From the NCBI GenBank assembly GCA_047601445.1, contig JASGJH010000001.1:1824001-1888000 (forward strand): a stretch of 64,000 nucleotides of DNA. The letters run 5' to 3'. The stretch's first letter is position 1, and each line of letters begins with the position of its first letter. Below are positions 37,083-46,921 of this stretch, piece by piece. Below the pieces are notes generated by a model, which was given only the letters and a program-made list of their open reading frames with translations, had not been told where the DNA came from and did no database searches. Source of the stretch: Myxococcales bacterium. GTDB taxonomy: Bacteria; Myxococcota_A; Polyangia; Polyangiales; DASUME01. The translations under genes were made by a program, and so were the position numbers.

Positions 37083-38096
37083 ATGGCTACGAAGATTGCG
37101 ATCAACGGCTTTGGGCGAATCGGGCGCTGCGTGGCACGCGTGCTCTTCGACGGCACTCAGAGCGACCTCGAACTGGTGGCGATCAACGACCTCACCGACG
37201 CCAAGACCCTGGCGCACCTCCTCCAGTTCGACTCGGTGCACCGCACCTTCAAGAGCGAAGTCAAAGCCGAGGGCAAGGGCATCGTCATCGGCGGCAAGCA
37301 GATCCCGATCTTCGCCGAGAAGGACCCAAGCAAGCTGCCTTGGAAGGACCTCGGCGTAGAGATCGTCCTCGAGTGCACCGGCATCTTCCGCAGCAAGGCC
37401 GCGGCCACCGCGCACCTCAACGCTGGCGCCAAGCGCGTGATCATCAGCGCGCCCGGTGAGAACGACGTCGACGGCACGTTCTGCGTCGGCATCAACAGCA
37501 ACGAATACGACCCGGCCAAGCACACGGTGTTCTCCAACGCCTCCTGCACCACCAACTGCCTGGCGCCCATGGCCAAGGTCATCCAGGACACCTTCGGCAT
37601 CGTGAAGGGTCACATGGTCACGGTGCACAGCTACACCAACGACCAGAACCTGCTCGACCTGCCCCACAAGGACCTGCGTCGCGCCCGCGCCGCCGCGCTC
37701 TCCATGATTCCCTCGAGCACCGGCGCCGCCAAGGCCATCGGGCTCGTGCTGCCCGCCCTCAAGGGCAAGCTGAACGGGACCTCCATCCGCGTGCCCACGG
37801 CCGACGTGTCCATCACCTGCCTCACGGCCCTGGTGTCCAAGAGCACCACGAAGGAAGAGGTCAACGCCGCGCTCAAGGCCGCCGCCGAGGGGCCGCTCAA
37901 GGGCGTCCTTGGTTTCGAGACGCGCCCGCTGGTGTCGAGCGATTTCATCGGCGACCCGCGCTCTTCTATCGTGGACGCCGAGCAGACCGACGTGGTCGGC
38001 GGCGACTTGATCGAGGTCCAGGCCTGGTACGACAACGAGTGGGGCTTCTCGAACCGCATGGTCGACCTCGCCCGCTTGGTCGCGAAGAAAGGCTGA
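37083..38096 (+). CDS. gap: Glyceraldehyde-3-phosphate dehydrogenase
   Basis: INGFGRIGR, SNASCTTNCLAP, DLRRARAA, WYDNEWGFS. Confidence 0.98.
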   Translation: MATKIAINGFGRIGRCVARVLFDGTQSDLELVAINDLTDAKTLAHLLQFDSVHRTFKSEVKAEGKGIVIGGKQIPIFAEKDPSKLPWKDLGVEIVLECTGIFRSKAAATAHLNAGAKRVIISAPGENDVDGTFCVGINSNEYDPAKHTVFSNASCTTNCLAPMAKVIQDTFGIVKGHMVTVHSYTNDQNLLDLPHKDLRRARAAALSMIPSSTGAAKAIGLVLPALKGKLNGTSIRVPTADVSITCLTALVSKSTTKEEVNAALKAAAEGPLKGVLGFETRPLVSSDFIGDPRSSIVDAEQTDVVGGDLIEVQAWYDNEWGFSNRMVDLARLVAKKG

Positions 38097-38102
38097 TCGT
38101 CG

Positions 38103-39287
38103 ATGAGCTCGCCCGTTCGCACTCTTGGTGATCTCGATGTCGTGGGCCGCGTGGTGTTCGTCCGCGTGGACTTCAACGTGCCGCTCGATGGCAGCAAAGT
38201 CACGGACGACACGCGCATCCGCGCCGCCATTCCCACCATCAAGCAGATCATGGAGCGCGGCGGGCGAGTGCTGTTGGCCTCGCACCTCGGCCGTCCCAAA
38301 GGTAAGCCGAAGCCCGAGTTCAGCGTGGAGCCCGCCGCGGCTCGCCTGGCGGAGCTGATGGACACCGAGGTGCTGCTGGCCGACGACTGCATCGGTGACA
38401 GCGCCAAGAAGGTGGTCACCGACCTGCGCGAGGGGCAGATCGCGATGCTCGAGAACCTGCGCTTCCATCCGGAAGAAGAGCAGGACGATGAGGGCTTCGC
38501 GCGCGAGCTCGCCAAGCTGGCCGAGATCTACGTGAACGACGCCTTCGGCTGCTCGCACCGCGCGCACGCATCGGTGCACGCGCTGCCCAAGTTGATGCCG
38601 CAGCGCGCCGCGGGCCTTTTGGTGCAGAAGGAAGTGGCTGCGCTCGAGAAGCTGCGCACGGACGCAGAGCGGCCCTTCGTGGCGGTGCTCGGCGGCGCCA
38701 AGGTGAGCGACAAGATCGAGGTCATCGAGGCGCTGATGGAGCGCGTCGACGAGATGTTGATCGGCGGCGCCATGGCCAACACCTTCCTGGCAGCCCAGGG
38801 GCTCAACGTCGGCAAGAGCCGCATCGAAGCGGACAAGTTGGCGCTGGCTCGCACGCTCATCCAGAAGGCCGACGAAAAGAAGGTCAAGCTGCTGTTGCCA
38901 GTCGACGTCGTGGTGGCCGAGTCGCTGCAGGCCGAGCGCGGCAAGGCGACCGACGTCGCCGCGATCCGCCCCGAAGAGATGGCGCTCGATATCGGTCCGC
39001 GCACGGTGCAGAACTTCGGCGATCGGCTGCGCCGCGCCAAGAGCGTGCTGTGGAATGGCCCGATGGGTCTGTTCGAGAACCCTGGCTTTGCCGAAGGTAG
39101 CTTCGGCGTGGCGCGTGCCATGGCCGATTGCCAGGGCTTCACGGTGGTGGGCGGCGGTGACAGCGTGGCCGCGGTGCATGCCGCAGGACTCGCCGATCGC
39201 TACAGCCACGTGTCCACGGGTGGCGGCGCTTCGCTCGAGTTGATCGAGGGCAAGAAGCTGCCTGGCGTCGAGGTGTTGCGAGCATGA
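38103..39287 (+). CDS. pgk: Phosphoglycerate kinase
   Basis: RVDFNVP, SHLGRP, LENLRF, VNDAFG, GGAKVSDK, WNGPMG, STGGGASLE. Confidence 0.98.
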   Translation: MSSPVRTLGDLDVVGRVVFVRVDFNVPLDGSKVTDDTRIRAAIPTIKQIMERGGRVLLASHLGRPKGKPKPEFSVEPAAARLAELMDTEVLLADDCIGDSAKKVVTDLREGQIAMLENLRFHPEEEQDDEGFARELAKLAEIYVNDAFGCSHRAHASVHALPKLMPQRAAGLLVQKEVAALEKLRTDAERPFVAVLGGAKVSDKIEVIEALMERVDEMLIGGAMANTFLAAQGLNVGKSRIEADKLALARTLIQKADEKKVKLLLPVDVVVAESLQAERGKATDVAAIRPEEMALDIGPRTVQNFGDRLRRAKSVLWNGPMGLFENPGFAEGSFGVARAMADCQGFTVVGGGDSVAAVHAAGLADRYSHVSTGGGASLELIEGKKLPGVEVLRA

Positions 39288-40039
39288 GCCGCCGCCAACT
39301 CATCGCCGGAAACTGGAAGCTCCACAATACGCTGGCCGAATCCGTCGCGCTCGCGCGCAACGTGGTGGCCGGCGCTGCGCAAGCCAAAGCCGAAGTCGTG
39401 GTGGCCCCGGTGTTCACGGCGCTGAGCGCGGTGCGCGAAGCCCTCGGACAGAGCGCGGTGGGTCTGTCGGCCCAGGACGTCTATTGGGAGAAGAAGGGCG
39501 CGTTCACGGGCGAAGTGAGCGCGCCTCTCCTGCGGGACGTGGGCTGCTCCTATTGCATCGTGGGCCACTCGGAACGCAGGCAGTTCTTCGGAGAGACCGA
39601 CGAGAGCGTGCGCCGCAAGGTGCGAGCGCTGCTCGACGCGCAGCTCAAGCCCATCGTGTGCGTGGGCGAGTCCCTCGAACAGCGTGAGCAGGGGGCAACC
39701 CTGGGCGTGGTGGTCGGGCAGGTCTCGGCCGGGCTCGCAGGCTTCACCAACGAGGCCCTGGCAGAGGTGGTCATCGCCTACGAGCCGGTGTGGGCCATCG
39801 GCACGGGGAAGACGGCCACCCCCGAGGACGCCCAGGCGGTCCACGCGGGCATTCGGGCCCACCTGAAGGCTGAGCGTGGGGCCGCTTTCGCGGACCGTGT
39901 GCGCATCTTGTATGGCGGCAGTGTGAAGGCGGAGAACGCCGCGCAGCTCATGGCCCAACCGGACATCGATGGTGCCCTGGTGGGGGGTGCGTCGCTGGTG
40001 CTCGAGCAGTTCATGGCCATTGTGGCCGCCGCGCGCTAA
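39284..40039 (+). CDS. tpiA: Triosephosphate isomerase
   Basis: AGNWK, GHSERR, AYEPVWAIGTG, YGGSV, LVGGAS. Confidence 0.98.
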   Translation: MSRRQLIAGNWKLHNTLAESVALARNVVAGAAQAKAEVVVAPVFTALSAVREALGQSAVGLSAQDVYWEKKGAFTGEVSAPLLRDVGCSYCIVGHSERRQFFGETDESVRRKVRALLDAQLKPIVCVGESLEQREQGATLGVVVGQVSAGLAGFTNEALAEVVIAYEPVWAIGTGKTATPEDAQAVHAGIRAHLKAERGAAFADRVRILYGGSVKAENAAQLMAQPDIDGALVGGASLVLEQFMAIVAAAR

Positions 40040-40119
40040 AGCTAGGCGCCCAAAAGCAAGGCAGGCCACACCAGGTGCGTGGCCGCCGAGCTTGACCCGG
40101 CTCCGCCGAAAGAAGCGCC

Positions 40120-40767
40120 ATGTACACGTTCTTGTCGATCCTCTACGTCCTGGTTTGTTTGTTCCTCATCCTCGTGGTGCTGCTGCAGCCCGGTCGCGGA
40201 GGCATGGGCGGCGCGTTCGGAGGTGGGTCGAGCCAGACCGTGTTCGGCGGCTCGGGAGCCGGCAACTTCCTCACGCGGCTCACGTCCATCAGCGCGGCGC
40301 TGTTCATGATCCTGTCGGCCTCCTTGGCTTACATGTCCTCGAGCAGCGATAAGTCCCTGCTGCGCGCGACGGAAGCAGCGAAGGCCAAGCAGGAGGCGAA
40401 GGCCAAGCGCGAAGCCGAGAAGAAGACGGCCGAGCCCAAGGCGGAAGACGACGAGGGTGCCGCTCCGGCGCTCGAGCTCGCTCCCCCCGCGCCGATTGAA
40501 GAAGCGCCCGTGGCACCCGCGCCCGAGCCTACCCCTGAGCCCAGCGGTGCCGCCGCGCCGGAGCCGAGCGAGCAGCCGGCCCCCGCGGCGAAGCCCACGC
40601 CCGCTGCCCCGGCCGCCAAGCCCGCCGCCCCGGCCCCGGCACCGCGCGCCAAGAAGCCGGCCGAGGCCGCGCCGAGCGGAGAGACCACACCCGCACCCGC
40701 GGAAGCGCCTGCTGCAGCCCCGGCCGAGGCTCCCAAGCCTGCAGAGCCCGCCCCCGCCGCGCCCTGA
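40120..40767 (+). CDS. secG: Preprotein translocase subunit SecG with long Pro/Ala-rich tail
   Basis: VVLLQPGRGGMGGAFGGGSSQTVFGGSGAGNFLTRLT; conserved position after tpiA. Confidence 0.93.
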   Translation: MYTFLSILYVLVCLFLILVVLLQPGRGGMGGAFGGGSSQTVFGGSGAGNFLTRLTSISAALFMILSASLAYMSSSSDKSLLRATEAAKAKQEAKAKREAEKKTAEPKAEDDEGAAPALELAPPAPIEEAPVAPAPEPTPEPSGAAAPEPSEQPAPAAKPTPAAPAAKPAAPAPAPRAKKPAEAAPSGETTPAPAEAPAAAPAEAPKPAEPAPAAP

Positions 40768-40921
40768 CCCCTGACGGATGGCGCTCTTCGAGCGCTGTTC
40801 CTGCTTGCTCCGCCCTGCGCGGGGACGCTCGCGCTGACGCCCTGCCCTCCCCGGTCGGGCGCGCAGCCCGCGAACCGAAGACCCGGCGCTACCGTGGCTC
40901 GCCCGCAGCGACGAGTTGGCC

Positions 40922-43900
40922 TTAGCTCGGAAGCGCGATGGGCTGCCCGCGCTCGAGCGCGCGCTCGGCCTGGGCGGCGTCGATGCCCATGCGCCGATGA
41001 CCATGGCGCTCAGCCAGCTCGCGCACGTGCCTCAGGGCGAGACTCGCGGCCTGCGCGCTACCCACTCGCTGCTCCGCGATGGCCAGCAGGTATTGCCCGT
41101 TGATGGAGTCCCACACATAGCCGTGATCGCCGGCGTAGCGCAGGGCCTCCCGCATGCGCTTCAACCCTTCTTCGGCGCCGAAGCTCAGGACGTCGAGAAA
41201 GCCGAGCAAACACACGTTCAACCAGTGCACCCGTGTGAAGCCGTGTTCCGTGGCGATATCCGAGCTCGAGCGCAGGGCCGCGAAGGCGCGCTTGTCTTCG
41301 TCCCCACGCAAGTAGAACTCGCCCAGCATGTGCGCCGCCACGGCGGCCTCGTGAGGCAAGCCGTACTCCTTGGCGAGCTCGAACGCCTTGCGGGCCGATT
41401 CGATGCGACCTTCGTGATCACCCGCCTGGTAGGCCACCAAGGCGCGCACGCGTTCGGTCTCCACTTCGAGGCGCTGGTCCTGGCGCGAAGCTGACAGCCG
41501 CTCGATCTCGGCCAGCGCTCGCCGCGCGTCCGCTTCTCGCCCCACGGCGGCGTAGGCCGGAGCCACCACCAACAGGCAGCGGAGCTGCGCCCCCGCGTCC
41601 TGGCTGGTGCGCGCGAGCTCGAGGGCGTGCCCCACGTGACGCAGTACGCTGTTGTATTCGCCACTGCGCGCGTGGGCCTCCGCCGCCGCCAAGGCCACGT
41701 CGCGCTCGAGCTCGCCGTCACCGCGCTTGCGCGCCACCCCCTGCGCACGCTCGAGCCAGGCGCGACCCTCTTCGGCGCGAGCCACCTTGAGGTAAAGGCG
41801 CCCGCGCATCATCGAGAAGCGCGCCACCAAGTCGTCCCGCCCTGCCTTGTCGGCCAGCTCGAGCGCGCCGGCGAGTCGCTCGGCCACGCCCTCCGCGGTG
41901 CGCGAGCGGTAGGCGAGCTCGCCCAGACGCGTGTAGAGGTCGAGCAGCAAGTCACCGTCGGAGGTACCGCTGCGGGTCAGCAAGTCCAGCGCCTCCAAAT
42001 AGGCATCCACGGCCGCGTCCGAGGCCTGCTCGGACTCCAGGCGCTGGGCAGCGCGCACCAAGAACGTGGCGGCGCGCTCGGCCTGCCCAGCCTCCCGATG
42101 GTGATAGGCGAGTCGGTCGGCGGCGGCCTCGATCTCGTTCGGGCGCAGGGCCTCGATGGCCTCGGCCACCGCCGCGTGCAGCGCCGGTCGCTCGTCGTGG
42201 GGGATCGAGTCGTAGAAGATCTCGCGCGCCAGGTCATGCGCGAAGGTGTACTCACCGGGTCCCAACGGCCGCACGATACCGCGCTCGTCCAGGACGCTGA
42301 GCGCCTGGCGCACACTGGCTTCGTCCTGCTGCGCGGCGCGCGCCAGGAGCTCGGGCGAGAAGCGCGGACCGCATGTCACGGCCAACTGCAGGATCACGCG
42401 ATGCGCGGCGTCCAGCTTGCCCACGCGCGAGGTCACCAGACCGCGCAGCGTGTTAGGTAGCTCCGAGACGTCGGCCGGGCGCGCGAACTCCACCACTCCG
42501 TCGCGCACCTCGATGGCGCCTAGCTCGCGCATGGCGGCCACGAGCTCCTCGAGATACAGCGGGTTGCCGCCGGAGCGCTGGCTCAGCTCGCGCACCAGCT
42601 CTTCGGGCACTTCATGAACGACCAAACGGTGGCGGCAGAAACGCGCCACGTCCTCGGCACTCAGCGGGCGCAGCACGAGCTCCGTGTAGGCAGGCGCCGC
42701 GTTCCAGGGGGTCTCGTCGGTGGGGCGATAGGTGAAGAGCGCCACCGCCTTCACGGGGAGCGGCGTGAGCACCATCTTGCCGAGCAGCTCGCGGCTCGGC
42801 GTGTCCATCAGCTCGGCACCATCCCAGGCGAAGACGGTCAGGCGATCCTGAGCCAACTTGTACGAGATGCGCACGAGCGCACCCATCAACATGGTGGTGT
42901 TGGTGACCGACGACGTGTGCAGACCAAGGCCCAACACGCGCCCCACGGCCTCGCGCTGAGGCGCCGAGAGCCCGAGCAGACGCAGGCGGTCGACCTTCTC
43001 GCGCAAGCGGCCCTCGGGCTCCATCTCCTCGATGCCGAGCACCACGCGCAGGATCTCCTGCACCGCATGGAAGGGGATGGTGCGCCCTTCGGGCGAGCAG
43101 GTGGCCACGTACAGGCCCACATCGTGGCCCGCATGGCTCAGCCGGCGCGCGGTCTCGGTGATGAGGCGGGTCTTGCCCGAGCCGGCCTCTCCGCGCACAC
43201 CCACGACTACCAGGCGCCCCTTGTTGGCCAGCGCCAAACACTCGCCCAAGAGACGCAGCTCCTGACGTCGGCCCACGAACTTGCCGTTGCCCTCGTCGGC
43301 CCGCCGCTCGCGCTCGATGACGCGCGGTCCGTCGGCCTGGGCAGGCGCCAGCTCGAAGCGACCACGCAGCAGCTTCGTGGCGGCGGGCGATGCGGCCACC
43401 TGCCCTTCGCTCACGCGCGCCAACCACTTGCGCGATTCCGTCCGCAGCGCCTCCAGCGGCGGGCCCACACGCAACTTGCCCTCGGCGTCGAGCAGGACCC
43501 GACCGCTGTGCACGATGGCGCGCACGCGCGCGGCCGTGTGAGTGCGCAGGATGCGCAGCGCACAGCGTGCCGCTCCTTGGGCGTCGCGACCGTCGGCCTC
43601 CGTGAGTCCGAACAGGACGAGCGTGGGTTCACTCGCGGAATTGCCCGGGAAAGCCGCACCGCCGAAGCGAGTTGCAAAGGACATCACCTCCGACCGAGGC
43701 AGACCGTCGAACGCCAAGAGCGAGACCTCGCGCCATTCTGAGCGCGGTGGGATGCCCGAACGCGCTGCGACGGGCACGCTGGAGGTGGTGCTGCGCGAGG
43801 GCACGCGCACGGGTGTGACGCCGCGCGCCGAGCTGACACCCGTGTTGGTGGGCTCGGAGAAGATCTCTTCGAGTCCACTGATGGGAGGCAGCTCCTGGAC

Positions 43901-44842
43901 CTCGGTCTTCTCGGTGGCCGCGAAGTGGCTGAGCTCCTCGATGAAGGCGGAGAGGTCGTGGGAGCTGATGCGCCGACCGCTGGCGTAGAGGAACTGGATC
44001 AAGTCCTCGTAGAGGTCGCCTGCATTCGCGTAGCGAACATCCCGATCCTTGGCCGTGGCCTTGCTCACGATGGCTGCGAGCTCCGGGGACACTCCCGGCA
44101 GAACCTCGCCAAGGGGCGCGAAAGAACCCGACTTGGCACGCTCGAACGTGCCTTCGGCCGTGAGCTCCTCCAGCGGACGTTTCCCGGTCAGGGCCTCGTA
44201 GAGGATCATGCCCACCGAGAACAAATCGGCACGCGCGTCCACCTCTTCGCCCCGCGCCTGCTCCGGCGAGAGATAGGCGAACTTGCCAGGCGGAACCTCC
44301 CCCTGGAGCGCGAGCTGCTCGCGCGAGCGGGCGATGCCGAAGTCGGTCAGCTTCACCTCGCCTTCGAAGCTGATCAAGACGTTCTCGGGCGACACGTCGC
44401 GATGCACGATGCCGAGCGGCTTGAGATCGGCGTCGCGGCGCCGGTGCGCGTAGTCGAGCCCCTTGGCCAGCTCGCTCACCACGTACACCGCGAGCTCCTG
44501 CGGGATGGCGCGCCCGCGCTCCGCGCAGAACGCCAGCACCTTGCCGAGGTCGAAGCCCGGCACGTACTCCATCGCGATGAAGTAACAGCCCTCCGCACGC
44601 CCGAGGTCGAACACCTGCACGATGTTGGCGTGGGTCAGCGTGACGGCGGTCTTGGCCTCGTCGATGAACAACTCGACGAAGTTCGGATTGCGGCTGAGCT
44701 CGGGGAGGATGCGCTTGATGACCAGGGTCTTCTCGAAGCCCTCGATGCCGTGCGAGCGCGCCTTCCAGACCTCTCCCATGCCGCCGCGGGCGAGCAGCTC
44801 GAGCAACTGGTATTTGCCGTAGAGATTTGGGTCTGAAGCCAC
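40922..44842 (-). CDS. Multidomain Ser/Thr kinase - degenerate cyclase-like - AAA (STAND-like) ATPase - TPR protein
   Basis: GGMGEV, HRDVSPEN, DFGIA, GKFAYLSPEQ; FVGRRQEL, GEAGSGKT, SGGNPLYLEEL, YTFAHDL; C-terminal helical repeats. Confidence 0.92.
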   Translation of the reverse strand: MASDPNLYGKYQLLELLARGGMGEVWKARSHGIEGFEKTLVIKRILPELSRNPNFVELFIDEAKTAVTLTHANIVQVFDLGRAEGCYFIAMEYVPGFDLGKVLAFCAERGRAIPQELAVYVVSELAKGLDYAHRRRDADLKPLGIVHRDVSPENVLISFEGEVKLTDFGIARSREQLALQGEVPPGKFAYLSPEQARGEEVDARADLFSVGMILYEALTGKRPLEELTAEGTFERAKSGSFAPLGEVLPGVSPELAAIVSKATAKDRDVRYANAGDLYEDLIQFLYASGRRISSHDLSAFIEELSHFAATEKTEVQELPPISGLEEIFSEPTNTGVSSARGVTPVRVPSRSTTSSVPVAARSGIPPRSEWREVSLLAFDGLPRSEVMSFATRFGGAAFPGNSASEPTLVLFGLTEADGRDAQGAARCALRILRTHTAARVRAIVHSGRVLLDAEGKLRVGPPLEALRTESRKWLARVSEGQVAASPAATKLLRGRFELAPAQADGPRVIERERRADEGNGKFVGRRQELRLLGECLALANKGRLVVVGVRGEAGSGKTRLITETARRLSHAGHDVGLYVATCSPEGRTIPFHAVQEILRVVLGIEEMEPEGRLREKVDRLRLLGLSAPQREAVGRVLGLGLHTSSVTNTTMLMGALVRISYKLAQDRLTVFAWDGAELMDTPSRELLGKMVLTPLPVKAVALFTYRPTDETPWNAAPAYTELVLRPLSAEDVARFCRHRLVVHEVPEELVRELSQRSGGNPLYLEELVAAMRELGAIEVRDGVVEFARPADVSELPNTLRGLVTSRVGKLDAAHRVILQLAVTCGPRFSPELLARAAQQDEASVRQALSVLDERGIVRPLGPGEYTFAHDLAREIFYDSIPHDERPALHAAVAEAIEALRPNEIEAAADRLAYHHREAGQAERAATFLVRAAQRLESEQASDAAVDAYLEALDLLTRSGTSDGDLLLDLYTRLGELAYRSRTAEGVAERLAGALELADKAGRDDLVARFSMMRGRLYLKVARAEEGRAWLERAQGVARKRGDGELERDVALAAAEAHARSGEYNSVLRHVGHALELARTSQDAGAQLRCLLVVAPAYAAVGREADARRALAEIERLSASRQDQRLEVETERVRALVAYQAGDHEGRIESARKAFELAKEYGLPHEAAVAAHMLGEFYLRGDEDKRAFAALRSSSDIATEHGFTRVHWLNVCLLGFLDVLSFGAEEGLKRMREALRYAGDHGYVWDSINGQYLLAIAEQRVGSAQAASLALRHVRELAERHGHRRMGIDAAQAERALERGQPIALPS

Positions 44843-44992
44843 TGTCCAAGCCGTCCGAGTGCGCGCCGACGGCCCCGGCCGCCAGCACGCGTCGCTACCG
44901 GGTCATCCCCGGCAGGGGTGGCCATCATACATGGTTTTCTGCCCCGGTAGATGGCTCATGTGGACCGACATGGATCGGCGTTGTGAGCGTGA

Positions 44993-46921
44993 CTACAGCG
45001 GATTCTGGGATCCGGCGGCAAGCTCACCCGGTTGGGTGGCCACGGCGTCGGGCGGCTCGGGCGCCGAGGCGAATTGGAGCTCGTAGAGACGCGCGTAGAC
45101 CCCGCCTTGCTCCAGGAGCTCAGTGTGGCTCCCCTGCTCGACGATGCGGCCGCGATGAAACACCAGAATCCGGTCGGCGCGCCGCACGGTCGAAAGGCGG
45201 TGCGCGATGATCACCGCCGTGCGGCCCACCAGGAGCGCGTCGAGAGCGCCCTGCAGGCGTGCCTCGGTCTCGCTGTCGATGCTGGCCGTGGCCTCGTCGA
45301 GGATCAGCACCTGAGGGTCCCGATAAAGGGCCCGCGCGAAGGCGACCAACTGACGCTCGCCCGAGCTCAGGTTGGTGCCGCGTTCGCTAATGCGCAGCGC
45401 GAGTCCGCCACGGGGCTCCAACATCGCCAGCGCCCCCACCTGCTCGAGCGCGCGCGCTGCGCGCGCAGGGTCGGGCCGCTCGTCCCCCAGGGCCACGTTC
45501 GCCAGTAGGTCCCCCGCGAACAGGAAGACATCCTGTTGCACCAGAGCGAAGCGCTCGCGCAATTCCTCGCGCGCGTAGCTGCGCACGTCTCGCCCATCCA
45601 CGCGCACGGCGCCCGCCGACACGTCGTAGAAGCGCTGCGCCAGCGCGGTGACGGTGGTCTTGCCGGCGCCGGTGGCGCCCACGATGGCGATCGTCTCTCC
45701 CCGCGCGACCGCGAAGGAAACGTGCTCGAGCACCAGCGGCGCGCGCGTGTGGTAGCGGAAGTCCACGTGGTCGAACGCGATCACCGGGAGCACCTCGACC
45801 GGCGTCTTGGGCAACGGCGCCGTGGGCAGCTCGGCGCGCTGCTCGGGTAGGCTCGCGGCGGCGTCGAACTCGCGCACCGACAGCAAGCCGAACACGCGTT
45901 CGGCCGAAGCAAAGGCGCTCTGGATCATGGTGTACTTGCTGCTGAGCTCGCGCAGGGGCACGAAGAAGAGCTGGATGTAGGCGTAGAAGGCGATGAAGGT
46001 GCCCTTCTGAGCCTCGCTCTCGGTGCCCGCCATGCCGAGCCTTCGCGCCGCGTAGAACAACACCATGCCCACGCAGATGGCCGCGATGGCCTCCACCACC
46101 GAGAACATCATGGCGTCCGCCGAGATGGAGCGCCGGAAGGCCTCACGATAGGCCTGATTGATCTCGCGATAGCCCGCCGCCGACTCGGCCTCGCGCGAAA
46201 AGGCCTGCACTACCTGTATGCCTTGCACTTGTTCGTTGAGGTAGGCGTTGAGCTGGGCGATGCGCGCGCGGATCACGCGCTGCACGTGACGCAGCTTGCG
46301 ACGGAACATCTCCACCGCGAACACCAGCGGCGGCACGGCCGCGAAGGCCACCAGGGCCAGCTCGTGGTCGAGCACCAACATCGACACCACGATGCCGAAC
46401 AGTAAGAGCAGGTCCCCCAGCGCCGTGACCGCGCCGCTCGCGAACAGCTCGCCGAGCGAGTCGATGTCGTTGGTGACGCGGGTGACGATGCGCCCCACCG
46501 GAGTCTCGTCGAAGTAGCGGATGGAGAGCCGCTGGATGTGAGCAAAAACCGCGCCTCGCAGGCTGGCCATGGTGCGCTGACCCGCCAGTTGCATGAGATA
46601 GGTCTCGCTGAAACCCGCCAGGAAACGCAGGGCGATCACGCCACCGAACAGGAGCGACACCTTGCCCAGAGCGGCCTGCGATTGGCCCACACCGACCGCA
46701 TCGACGGCCCGTTGCAACAGCCGCGGCTGCACCAACATGCAGGCCACACCGACGGGCATCAAGAGCAGCGATCCGATGTAGTACTTGAGGAAGGGGCGCG
46801 CGTAGGGGTACAGGTCGCGCAGCATTTGCCAGTCGAGTGCCTGCGAAGCGATGGGGCGCTCCTCGTGGAACTCGGCCAGCAAGCGCTCGGCGCGCGAGGA
46901 CGATTTGGGCGCCGTACTCAT
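44993..46921 (-). CDS. ABC exporter half (TMD+NBD)
   Basis: ATG 46921; PVGRIVTRVTND, GATGAGKTT, LSSGERQL, LDEATASID, IAHRLST. Confidence 0.93.
   Translation of the reverse strand: MSTAPKSSSRAERLLAEFHEERPIASQALDWQMLRDLYPYARPFLKYYIGSLLLMPVGVACMLVQPRLLQRAVDAVGVGQSQAALGKVSLLFGGVIALRFLAGFSETYLMQLAGQRTMASLRGAVFAHIQRLSIRYFDETPVGRIVTRVTNDIDSLGELFASGAVTALGDLLLLFGIVVSMLVLDHELALVAFAAVPPLVFAVEMFRRKLRHVQRVIRARIAQLNAYLNEQVQGIQVVQAFSREAESAAGYREINQAYREAFRRSISADAMMFSVVEAIAAICVGMVLFYAARRLGMAGTESEAQKGTFIAFYAYIQLFFVPLRELSSKYTMIQSAFASAERVFGLLSVREFDAAASLPEQRAELPTAPLPKTPVEVLPVIAFDHVDFRYHTRAPLVLEHVSFAVARGETIAIVGATGAGKTTVTALAQRFYDVSAGAVRVDGRDVRSYAREELRERFALVQQDVFLFAGDLLANVALGDERPDPARAARALEQVGALAMLEPRGGLALRISERGTNLSSGERQLVAFARALYRDPQVLILDEATASIDSETEARLQGALDALLVGRTAVIIAHRLSTVRRADRILVFHRGRIVEQGSHTELLEQGGVYARLYELQFASAPEPPDAVATQPGELAAGSQNPL

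Noticed and set aside
37005..39209. 734-aa minus-strand ORF (and similar long antisense ORFs at 22987-24960, 11934-13379, 57044-58315, 61320-63017)
   Set aside because: These are shadow ORFs antisense to clearly identified, strongly codon-biased genes. They are expected in high-GC DNA and show no protein motifs.
40768..40921. tRNA-Leu often found after secG
   Set aside because: No cloverleaf or T-arm/CCA signature is visible.
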